DNA of 64,000 nucleotides from Dicyema japonicum (Eukaryota > Animalia > Dicyemida): NCBI GenBank assembly GCA_011109175.1, contig RDEW01000043.1:404076-468075 (forward strand), in the 5' to 3' direction. This document shows positions 37,583 through 48,540 of this stretch, one piece after another (the first letter of the stretch is position 1; every line of letters begins with the position of its first letter). The translations under genes were made by a program, and so were the position numbers. Below the pieces are notes generated by a model, which had not been told where the DNA came from, did not search any database, and saw only the letters and a program-made list of their open reading frames with translations.

Positions 37583-39443
37583 TCAAACATGGAATCACGA
37601 TAACGTTGGTACCACACTACCTTATTCCCGTACTTATCACTTAGATGTCTGGTGACGTTGAACTAAAACTTAGGTCCTGGTTCTGATAGCGGCCAGCCTT
37701 GACTGAAAGGAAATTCTAGCAGCTGTTAACTGCTTCTGTATTTAGAAAATTTGAAAAGTTAAAAATATGACTCATAAATAAAATTTGATAAAAGTACATT
37801 ATTCTGCATAATAAATTAATCATGCTACCGACAAAGTGCTCACTTGGTCGGAAGGTCGATGAGGCGATGTTGGATAGAATTTTCGTATGAAAGCACTTGT
37901 TTTCCTCCCGTAAACCTAGACGAAGTGACGGACTCAGGAGACATTGAACAAAGAAAGCCTGGTCCACATAAGGTCGGGGTTCTAATCTCGTCTGGCTAAA
38001 ATTAAAAGAATTTGGAAAATCAGTAGCAAGCATGTATGATCAGTAGCAAGCATGTACAATTTATTATAACACAAAAACTAACAGTTAGCAACTGCTGGCT
38101 GCTCTCATAATTGAAAAAGGCATTTCCCCTTATGATTTGCAAGGAAATGCGCTCAATGAGCCATCTTCTTTCTCATCTACCCTACTAAACAGGATCGGCT
38201 AGCTCATCGCGAAGAAAAACGATAGGAGAGAAAGGAGCTGGCATGTAATGATGATAATTAATATGATTGCTAGTAATAGTAATAGATTTGGCATCATGAT
38301 GATGTTGATTATGTCGAGAGGAAAATGCTTCGATTAAGTCCCGGGGATAAGCAATTATAACTCGTCTCACCGTGAGATACTCATTATTTGAGAATTGTAG
38401 ATAAAGTAACGATTATGCATAAAGATTTCAAAATGTTTACAAAAGAAAGTCATAGCCCAAGACGGCCGTCAAAGTATGAAGGTTGAATTACTGAAAGTTC
38501 ATTTACATTACCATTATGGATTCATAAGTTAAATGAAAACGAAAATTTCTACAATAAAGAAAACCATGAATGTACACACGTGCTCAACGTATCCAAGGCA
38601 ACCTCACATTAAATTCTAATTAGTTTATTGGTATTTTGACTTTTTAACCATTTAATTATTGATTGAGGCCTGAATCTTCAGATCACAAATGTTTTTGTTG
38701 TTCTTCAGTGCTCTTTTTACGACCTTAATATCACTGTCAAGAACATCAGGAATCGTCGTTTGTTTATGAAATCTTTCTCAGATACTTTGGCTAGTTCATA
38801 AAATGTGGCCACCCTCTGTGCTCTGGGGAATCTTTCTAATGTTTAATTATGACAACCTCAGTCCAAAAATGGATGGAAATTATCTTCTGTATAATGAGTT
38901 GAGTCTCTTCCCTTCGAGTTTTGAAATTCCCCACGTGGCCGAATTTTAGGCGAGGATCAGCTTCACAAAGGGGTCATACAGTCGGACTCCCAAGTAATCG
39001 CTATAAACTAGAGTTAACCAAATATTGGTAACTCAATAATATGGAAAAGCAACTATTTTAGTATGGATTTTCCATTTGTGACAGAACCAAAATAAATGTT
39101 AAAACTAAAAAATAAGACGTTAAGAGAAAAGATGGAAGTAACAATCATGGGATTTACTAAGAAAAGTATCTGACATAGGATTCCATGTGTATACATTCTC
39201 ATTAGAAATAAGTTACCTAAGAGCTCTAAGGGAAAAAAATATCGCTTCATATCTTTTTGCCATGTGGACTCAATAGCCCCAGCAAACCATGAACCATAGA
39301 AAAGGAAAATGATCTTGTCAGAAAAAGGAGAACTAATGGCAAAACAACAGGTGCTCCAAAGACTGAGAGGTCACAGTCAATCTATCTAACAGTTACTAGA
39401 AATTGAATAAAAGACACATATATAAACCAAAAAGTGAAACTAA

Positions 39444-40608
39444 CTAGTCACAAACTACAGGTGAAGTCTCAGGTTCATTATCCTCCCTATTATTTCCTTC
39501 CTCAACAGAAGGATGCAAAGGGTCACTTACAACTTCATCCTTCTGTTCTTCAGTCTCTTCTGACTTCACCACCGGTCCAATGGCGAATTCCGTGCTGTCG
39601 ATGACCTGAGATCTCCTCTCACCAATAATCCCTACAAATAACCAATAAAACAACCGTCGACAACATTAGCCGTAGCTTCAAGACGACGTGAAGACTCCTC
39701 GTTCATTACCTTAGGCTTATAAAATATATGGGGTTGAGCTTCTGTTCTGATGTGGTACCGCAGATTCATTGTGGCCTTCTCCCACTCTTTGTGCTACAAA
39801 CTAACAACTCCCAGTACATCTGTGATTGTCGACAGTTTTCTCTGCATTAGGTTCAGTCTCTGCTGTTTTTCCGTTCTTTGGGTAATCAGTTCATGGATTC
39901 TGTTTTGAGTCTCTTGTTTCTCTTCAGTCTGTCGCATCTCCACCTGCATTTCCAGTTCTTGTCGACGGATAGCCTGGGATCACACAAAAAGAAAACCTCA
40001 GGTCTCTTCATTAGGTCGTCCTCGTCCTTCTTAAAGTCCCTGAGTTTGTTCAACAGAGCTCCAAACATTCGTTTATTCCTGAAAATCACGAAATCACGAG
40101 AACCTGAGTTTCTCGGTATTCGACGATTTGTGTAGTCCCGGGTTGGTTATCTCCTTGTGAGAAAGGGGTTCTCGGACAACTTCCACAACAGAGGACTGAA
40201 TTGCCGGCTAAAAAAATGAGGACAAAACTACCCGTTTATTGTGATCCTCGTGGTCTGAGAACCAGTCATCCTCATTTTCTGACTCCGGATAGTCTTGCAG
40301 ACTAAATCATGGCTATAAGGGAAAACTTGGACTGAACTTTCCGTTTATAAGAGGAATCGGCCTGATTTTGGTTCCTGAAATCTCTGTCGTTTTGCCATCG
40401 CCCTCGATTCCGGTCGAAAGGTTGTCTAAACATGAGAATAATCAAAAAACAGTAAAAGCAAGGTAATTAATAAAAACCTGTTGAATGCTGAAGGACCACC
40501 AATTTTTCTGATGTCATAGTCCACGTTTCTAAGATCCCCCCTAGTTTTGACGATTTGCTCGTTTAACAAGTCAATGACCTTTTCTGTGTTATTCTGAATA
40601 ACATTCAT
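39444..40608 (-). CDS. PNN: Pinin, 322 aa, 8 exons
   Basis: N-terminal coiled coil, RNKRMFGALL..LRDFKK, IRTEAQPHIFYKP; introns 40426-40477, 40302-40326, 40208-40231, 40079-40103, 39974-39996, 39794-39817 and 39632-39654 give an uninterrupted 969-nt frame. Confidence 0.92.
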
Positions 40609-40858
40609 ACTTTGACTAAATTGTAATAATGTTAAAATTATTAGCTAATTTTAAGCGACAATATAAGCGTAAATAAATCAAACGAAAAAGAAAGAACACA
40701 AGAACACCACAAAAAGCGTTGTAAATAAATTGATCAAAATATTTATTAATTTTATAAATTATTAATTTTTATAATTAAATTTTTATAGTCAAATTGTTTT
40801 CCCTGTGAGTATTATTGCTTTTGCTTTATTTTTACAATCACGTTAAAAATAGATTACA
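40609..40858. promoter_or_regulatory. Putative bidirectional promoter for PNN and SLC30A9, with a probable 48-nt 5'UTR intron (40805-40852)
   Basis: 250 bp between divergent ATGs, extremely AT-rich; GTGAGT...AATAG ends 6 nt before the SLC30A9 ATG. Confidence 0.55.
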
Positions 40859-42253
40859 ATGTCTTTACTCCGACTTTTCAAACCCAGATTAGCCAGACTA
40901 AACAAGTTTGTCCTACTACGGCCATTTCAGCTGTCCAAATCCCTCTCCACTGTGAAGGATAAGAGCAAGAAGGATCCTTTTTTGTACACTGACAACAACT
41001 ATGTGACCCCAGTACGTGCTATGAACGAGTATCTCCTTAAAATGGAAGAGCTTGACCAACTACAGAAGTTTTACAGACGTAATCCCTACGACCAGTCATA
41101 TCCCTTCATCGTCTACCTGCGGCACGATGTCGAAAACTTGGCCATACAGAAATTCGGATCATACGAAAAGTTAACTATTGAAAGCTCAAAACACAAGTTT
41201 CTCCCGAATAAGTCAAAAACTGTCACTTTCTATGACTTTTTGAAGTCCGGAAGTGGAAAAGTCGTGACAATGGCTATTTTTGTGAATTCTGTAAACTTTA
41301 TCTTCAAATCTGCCTCATATTATTATTGTGGGTCTCACTCAATGTTCGCCGAAGCCGTCCATTCCCTCGTGGATACACTGAATCAGCTAGTATTGGCCAT
41401 TGGACTCCATCATGCCATGAAAAAACCTGATTTTTCACATCCTTATGGGTATACTAACCTTCGTCACATCTCTTCCCTGATCGGCGGAGTGGGGATTCTG
41501 TTTTTCGGTACTGGACTGACTCTTTATAACGGACTTTTGGGACTCCTTCACCCAGAGTCTCCGACTGATATGGTGTGGGCTATGACTGTCCTCGTTGGCT
41601 CCTTCCTCTCTGAGTTTTCTTCGTTTGCTGTGGCTTACCGTGAAATCCGACAGTCTTCGAGAAACAGAAATATCTCATTCAAAGACTATGTAATGATGGG
41701 GATTGATCCGAACGTCACAGTGGTCTTACTGGAGGACATTGCGGGGATTGGTGGTGTCTGTATTGCTGGGATTTGCATTCTCTGTTCCCACGTGACCACA
41801 AGTATTCTGCCTGATATTATTGGGTGTGTCACAATTTCAATGCTGCTCAGTGCTGTGGGGATTTTTATTGTCCGACAGAATGCGGAACTTTTGATGGGAA
41901 AATCGGTACCTTTGAAGGTTTACAGACATCTTCGGAACGATTTGGAGAATGACCGAGTTATCCGTGCAATTCACGACATCAAAGCAATCGAATGTGGGGA
42001 GAATAATATTCATTTCAAAGCCGAAGTTGATTTCGACGGATATCAAATTACGGATATTTATTTAAAGTCCACGGATTTGGAAAAGACTTTACATGAAACC
42101 AAGGATATTGACACCACTGATGAGCTCAGAGCATTTCTGTTGTTTCATGGAAAGAATTCCATCGACCAACTCGGACAAGAGGTGGATAGAGTTGAGAAGA
42201 TGCTAAAGGCAAAACACCCAAATCTTAGGCACGTTGATCTGGAGGTACTTTAA
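40859..42253 (+). CDS. SLC30A9: Zinc transporter 9 (mitochondrial CDF family), 464 aa, CDS without introns
   Basis: Basic presequence-like N-terminus, VRAMNEYLLK..VYLRHDVE, SMFAEAVHSLVDT.NQ, HPYGY, VVLLED, FKAEVDFDG, C-terminal RHVDLEVL. Confidence 0.96.
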   Translation: MSLLRLFKPRLARLNKFVLLRPFQLSKSLSTVKDKSKKDPFLYTDNNYVTPVRAMNEYLLKMEELDQLQKFYRRNPYDQSYPFIVYLRHDVENLAIQKFGSYEKLTIESSKHKFLPNKSKTVTFYDFLKSGSGKVVTMAIFVNSVNFIFKSASYYYCGSHSMFAEAVHSLVDTLNQLVLAIGLHHAMKKPDFSHPYGYTNLRHISSLIGGVGILFFGTGLTLYNGLLGLLHPESPTDMVWAMTVLVGSFLSEFSSFAVAYREIRQSSRNRNISFKDYVMMGIDPNVTVVLLEDIAGIGGVCIAGICILCSHVTTSILPDIIGCVTISMLLSAVGIFIVRQNAELLMGKSVPLKVYRHLRNDLENDRVIRAIHDIKAIECGENNIHFKAEVDFDGYQITDIYLKSTDLEKTLHETKDIDTTDELRAFLLFHGKNSIDQLGQEVDRVEKMLKAKHPNLRHVDLEVL

Positions 42254-42319
42254 CGAAATATATTTTTCTAATAAACTGTTGATTTATGTATTTTTTATTT
42301 TAATTTATTCGGACTTTAA

Positions 42320-42600
42320 TATATTGTATCCCTTCTACAAGGTCAGAGATAATCCTCAAGGACCAGTGGAAACTGTTTTGACATGTTCTGCGCTTAGACA
42401 CTTCAACTCCACCAAATACGCGATGGGGAATTACTTCATGCCACCAATTACTAGAAAATATCGAGAAGACCAGGAGGAACAACCATACCAACTGTGCTAA
42501 ACGATGAAGATAAAATGAGAACTGCTAACCTCAGAAGATCTGGAGACTCTTCGTAGGAAGGGGTATGGAGGAAGTTGGTAGTTGGATCTGCGAAAGCACT
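42320..42600 (+). mobile_element. RTE 3' fragment
   Basis: HVLRL..AMGNYF..PTVLN..DLETLR..WRKLV. Confidence 0.65.
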
Positions 42601-42689
42601 GCATAAGAGAAATTACTATTATTTTTGAACAGTTTAATAAATTAATGTTATTCGTGCTTACAGGGTTTTCAAGTCTGAGTGAGAACATT

Positions 42690-42870
42690 TCACATCATTG
42701 AAATATATCACATCAATCCGAGAAATTTTCAAAAAACAACAAAAACCATAAAGAGTCTCCTCATTCGTAGGTTTTAAATCCTTTACTTTTTTTCCATTTT
42801 GAAAACATGTTTTCTAATGGGTTCAGCATGGGCGAATATGGCGGAAGGAATTTCAGTGGATTTTTATTAA
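42690..42870 (-). mobile_element. Tc1/IS630-type transposase remnant
   Basis: FLPPYSPMLNPLENMFSKWK. Confidence 0.75.
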
Positions 42871-43460
42871 TCAGCAAATTTTATTTTGTGAATTGCTGCT
42901 TTGTCACATATGACTAAAATATTAGTCAGACTTAATTGAAATAATCAAAAGCGTCACTTATGTATCCCACAAAACTTCCAGAATTATATGGCTTAGTTTA
43001 AATTTTGTAAAAATTTATTCCTAACTGTTCTTAGTTGAATACCAAGATTTTTAGAAATATGTTTGACTTAACCATTGCTGTACGTGCTAATGATAACTTG
43101 TCTATGTTTATCTGACATTATCAAAATCACGTGGCAAGTAAGTGTGATCAATTCTTGCCTAAATATTAAAAATTGATGGATTCTAGCAGTTATGTTAAAA
43201 TTTTACCCCATCTCCCAAACCTGGATCTTAGCATCTATAATTTCCGCATATCAGTCTTGGACTTGACCTGATTTGTGGGAAGAAAAGTGGTTGTTAGATT
43301 ATTAGCAATATTTCATATCAACTATCTGATTCTGACATATGATACTCCAAGCCACTTCAGTTCTGGGTCGCATGGGATTCGTATCAGAATCCTACGTGCA
43401 TCTGACACTTCATTTGTTAAGAACTTCGGGTTTCGATGTCTTCTGAATCCCTCATTTCAT

Positions 43461-45955
43461 GGAGTGCGGAAAAAAAGTCAAGTCCGTAAGGGGAAAAAAG
43501 TCAAGCGGAAAAAAAAGTCAAGTCGTCTTTTTTAGTTTATATCGCATTTTTGTGATACTACTAGCATCTTTTAATTTTTAAAATTTTTCAATACTTTACT
43601 TTTTTCCGCCTGACTTTTTTTCTATTTTTAACATTTTTCCCTTATAAATTTTCGAAATTTAGCGCAAAATGGAAAAAAAGTCAAGTCCGCTAACGAAATC
43701 ACGGACTTGACTTTTTTTCCGCTTTGGTATAATCGCTTTGACTAAATCAATTTAATAATTTCAAAAAGGTATAATAAAATTTTTTTATTATCAAATGAAT
43801 AAAAATTAAATTAAGGCATCTGAATGGCCATGCTATTTCCCCTAACAATAGCCAACGAGATACGTTCTCGGAACCAACTAGTCTCTCGCGGATCCTTGGT
43901 CACAGCTTGAATCATGGAGCCGATCTTACGAACCAACTCATCTGCTTGGGGCCAAGGATTCCTAATATAATAAAATTGACTTGACTTTTTCGCTATGGTT
44001 TAATCTTTTTGAACTTGACTTTTTTCGCCTTGGTTTAATCTTTTTGACTTAATCAATATACGGATTTCAAGGTTATAATCAAGCGTATTTTAAATATTAT
44101 GCTTGCCGCAAAAATAAGATACAAAATGGAGATAATATCAACTAACAAAGTAGGAAAGCAAATTTGTTTTAAGGGTTTATGTATACAAAGAACTCGGTGA
44201 CAAAAAACTATATAATTTTTAAATGTGTGAAAAAATCTTCACAAGGATGCAGAGGAAGCCTGAGAACAGATCATAATTTTGAATTTCCCAAAGAAGTAAT
44301 TTCTCACAATCACGAATTTGACGAAAGTCAAATAAAACTAATGAAATTGTGCAACGAAGCAAAACTTATTGCTAAAACGAGTCAAGAAAATCCCTTACAA
44401 ATCTATTCAAAGGTTGTGTCTCAATGTGAAACAGCAACCAGAATTATTCTCCCTTCTGCAGATTCTTTTAAGCAAACATTAAGGAATCAACGCTTGTCTC
44501 TACCTATTCCAAAAAATATTTTTGATATCGGAGATATTCCATTTTCTTTAACTTTAACTCTTGGTCCAGATTCAGAAAATTTTTTAATTTATGATAATCA
44601 TAGAAAAACCGATAAATATTAATATTCAGCACCAAAACTAATTTACGTTATTGGCGAATTAAAAATCATGGTATATGGATGGAAATTTCTCCATGGCACC
44701 ATGTATCTTCAAGCAAATCTATTTTATCAGGATTCAGTTCAATGCCAGTGCAATTACAGTTATTTATGGAATATTACTTTCTAAATCACGAAAGATTTAC
44801 GAAAAATTTTTTGAGGCTATTCAACATGCAATTCATAATTTGAATTTGGAATTTTGTCTTGAAACTATTATGGCAGACTTTGAAGATTCGGTATTTCGAG
44901 CTGTCCTTGCAGTATTTGGGAGACGAATACATATTAGAGGATGTTATTATCATCTAAGACAGTCAACCTGGAGAAAAATTCAAGAATTGCATCTAGTAAA
45001 ACAATATAAAGAAAATATTAATTTTAACATTTTTTGCGCAATGATAGACGCTCTTGCGTTTTTACCCATTCAAGATATGGAAGAAGGAATAGAATTCCTA
45101 ATGAATAATATGCCAGAAAATGTTCCAGATTCAAAATATATATTAGATTATTTTGATAGAACATATGTTCGCGGTTATTATCGTTGCTTAAATGATCGAG
45201 AAAACCCCTTAGCTGTTAGAATACAGCACATTGCTCCATTGTTTCCTCCAAATTTATGGAATGTGTATGAAGCTACACTCAATAATAAACAAAGAACAAA
45301 TAACTATTGTGAAGGGTGGAACAATAAATTATACAATTTGACGGGATATCGTCATCCATCGATATGGAATATTATATCGTCATTCCAAAAAGAAGAAAAA
45401 ATGACGAAAACTATTATTGACCAGGATTCCTTTGGAAAAAGAATTTCAACAAGAACAAATAAAAAAACGATTGATAGACAAAAAAGGCTTTTAAATATAT
45501 GTCTGGATCGCCAGGACGGAAAAAAAACAGTAGGAGAAGCCCTAAAAGCAATTGCATGGAATATTAAATATTCTTTTGATTCACATTAAATAATCCCTTG
45601 ATTCACGTTAAATAAAAATCATATGTTATATTACATTTTAAAAAATTTTAAAAGTAGAAAAAATCTGTTTTATTTTTAGAATTTATTTCCACCACGTGTA
45701 GTTTTAGTTGTGGCGGGGCATTTTAAATTCATTAACATTTGCCAAAATTAACTATTTAAATAATTTGTTATTCTAAACTCGCTTACTTTAAAATGAAACG
45801 ATCATGAATAAAAATCTTAATTTATAAACGGAAAAAAAGTCAAACGGAAAAAAAGTCAAGTGTTGAAAAAAATTTTAAAAATTTAAAGTTGCTAGTAGTA
45901 TCACAAAAATGCGATATAAACTAAAAAAAGACAACTTGACTTTTTTTCCTACAAC
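43461..45955 (+). mobile_element. MULE (Mutator-like) transposon, FLYWCH plus MULE transposase, frameshifted
   Basis: Long TIRs with GAAAAAAAGTCAAG arrays; 9-bp TSD TCATTTCAT / CCATTTCAT; YMDGNF, IMADFE, GCYYHLRQ and RTNNYCEGWN. Confidence 0.92.
43782..43965 (-). mobile_element. CRE-like 3' end inserted in the MULE
   Basis: ..KDPRETSWFRERISLAIVRGNSMAI..*; A tail; TSD TATAATAAAATT at 43770-43781 and 43966-43977. Confidence 0.85.
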
Positions 45956-46452
45956 CCATTTCATCACTGCTTACTGAACGAAGCGAGACAAGACTTTCAT
46001 CCATCATGAAGCTAAATAGACATTTCATGAAGGGGTAGCTTTTGGCCAATTAACAACAGTTTTTTTTTTTCATGGCATGGTGGAATCCAATGGACATGAC
46101 TAACAGGTATTGGTTTAGTTTTCTTTGAAATACTGTTTTTATACTTTTTAATAACGTCCAATATACCTAATAGGTTTATCCAGTAATCCCAGTCGGAGTG
46201 GGACCATTCCAAGCATCAAGTCCTTACAACTAACCGACATTGTTGAAGCCTCTCCAATGAAGAGGGAAAAAAGAGATCCTTTTTTGATGCCGGACAGTCT
46301 TTGGACGTCTCCTAAGTTAGGTAGATTCCATCTCTTCATGTTCCAGTAAAGACTCACACGTTCTATTCTGATATTTTTAACTTACAGGCTACATCTCAAT
46401 AGTAAGACCGGTAATCTTCAAATTAAATAGAATCCTTTCACAATCTAAACAG

Positions 46453-46725
46453 GGCCTGCTCTACCGCTGACAAGGCCGAGAAGTCCAAATGTTAAAAGTG
46501 GGTGGTCTTAAAGGAGGATTTTTGTTTGTCCTTCTCGCGTTTGGAACTCTGGTTCCCTTGCGCCTGCAAAGAATTCCTGAAACGTATAGGGAATTGGGTT
46601 TTTACAAACAAACAGGAGATCCCCGTGAGCGCTGCCGGCTATTTGAATAAACTCGCTCGCCATCCTGAGAAGGAATAGCCACGCAGTCTGCTGTATGACT
46701 TTATTTTATTTTAATAAAAAATAAT
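46453..46725 (+). mobile_element. CRE-like 3' end
   Basis: KAEKSK..TGDPRE..ILRRNSHAV; TSD ATCTAAACAG at 46443-46452 and 46726-46735. Confidence 0.75.
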
Positions 46726-47164
46726 ATCTAAACAGATAGGATATTAAAGACAGATAATAAAGAAATAACATCAACGTAAACCCATCAGGCGTGAATGTAA
46801 GGATTCTACAACCTTCTGACTGAGGGAAACTTCTGATGACATCGGATCTGACAGTCGTGGGTTACTCTCGTCAAACAGGTCCAACCTATGAGGCATTGAG
46901 TCTTTCTGGCATGATACAATTGTTGAAAGGGATCCTCCTACCTTCTTCCTGGCAAAATCCACTGGTCAAGATTTTCCATTATGACAACTCTCCTGCTAAC
47001 TTCTCCACCTCTCTTCTGAAGTTGAACTCTGTAATGGATTATTGGAGGATGGATATGGTCTGTTAAGCTCCCTTGGAAAGAGCTTAATTAGTTGTGATTG
47101 CTGTTGCTAGACTTACTAAAGACTGATGTCAAGGTCCCCCATGTGGCATAGTTGCCAATTTATT

Positions 47165-47460
47165 TTTGAGGTTTTCTGTTTTCTTGTCTGTTCCTCCTGT
47201 CTCTTCCTATTAGAGTGGCGTCATGTGATCCACCTGTCTAGGTGACGCCCAATGCCAGGCCGGCACGAAAAAGGATCATTTGCTCTTCCCACTCCACTGG
47301 AGGGGTTTCCACAACTGCATGAAATGGACGTCTTACCTTTTATGCTGATTCCGGATGGACTCTGTTTCTGTAGAAGTGGAAACTGGATGCACTTAATTAG
47401 TTGTTTACTATAACTTCTTTCTCGGTGTATCCGGGGTTAATAAATAAAATAAAATAAACA
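47165..47460 (+). repeat. ~300-bp non-autonomous retroposon (SINE-like) with structured core and TAAAA tail
   Basis: Five copies in the window; tail GGGTTAATAAATAAAATAAAAT. Confidence 0.8.
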
Positions 47461-47759
47461 ATAAAAAAGTTAATATATTTAATAATCAACAACCTTCCTC
47501 GCCTGCCTGTTCGCCAGCCTCTTCAGGCAGGTTCGATTCTGGTTGCTGAAACAACTCCGAGAGCGCCTTGTCCAATTGAACCTTCTGCCAATATGTCATC
47601 TCCGGGCTCTGCCTTCTATACTCCAGTGTCAGGTTCTCTAAGGTCCGCTTTAATACAGTGGACTGTAGATAGGCCTGGAGCTTCCTATCTACCCCAACTG
47701 CTTCAGATAACCCTTGTTGTACTTTGTTGCAATTCCTTCCCATTACTGTTGGAATCAAC

Positions 47760-48540
47760 TTACGATACAACCTTACTGGCTGAAACAGAGGATGGCCTCA
47801 GGGAATTGATTCTAAGATTCAGAGAAGAGAGCGCCGTCTTTATTGCTAAATATCAAGAAGACCAAAATTATGACTGCTGCTAATAATGGAGTAATGGAAC
47901 TAAAAATTGGGAATGAGAAAATAGAGAGTTGCGATAATGTTGTCTTTCTGGGATGTCTAATTAATCGAAATGGTGACGGAGACTTGGAAATCAAGAGGCG
48001 AATTGCCATGGGACGAGATACCTTCCAAAGAATGAATAGAATTTGGAAAAACAAAGATATTTCCTTAAGGACCAAATGCAGACTAGTTAATGCAATCGTG
48101 TTCCCGGTTTTTCTATACGGCGCAGAATCATGGATATTGAAAAAGGCGGATAGAGGAAAAATTGATGCTTTTGAGCTGTGGTGCTGGAGGAGGTTACTAA
48201 GAATCCCTTGGACTTCCAAAATAACAAACATCGATGTACTCAAACGGGTAGAGACTGACATTTCGCTAGAAGGAAGAATCGTAAAACACAGATTGGCGTA
48301 CTCTGGGCATGTTGTCCGCTCTGATTCACTGGAAAGAACCATTATGCTGAGCAATATTACTGGGAAGAGAAGACCTGACCGACCAAGGACTCGGTGGCTA
48401 TCCACGGTGGAAGACGTCACGGGAATGTCTATATCAACGCTACTCCAAATTGCAACTGATCGGGGAGAGTGGAGGAAACTCGTTCATGAGATCTCCAAGG
48501 GTCGGACACGACTTAATTGGACAACATAACATAACATGAT
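47760..48540 (+). mobile_element. BovB-like RTE 3' portion
   Basis: KIDAFELWCWRRLLRIPWT..SLEG..SLERTIML..WRKLVH..RTRL; (ACATA)n tail. Confidence 0.9.

Larger units (their letters stand above)
34286..45058 (+). repeat. Segmental duplication, copy A
   Basis: Colinear with 53228-64000 (offset ~18,942-18,948). Confidence 0.95.

Noticed and set aside
39444-42253. Alternative genetic code
   Set aside because: PNN, RPL23 and SLC30A9 translate cleanly with the standard code once tiny introns are removed, ending in TAG, TGA and TAA
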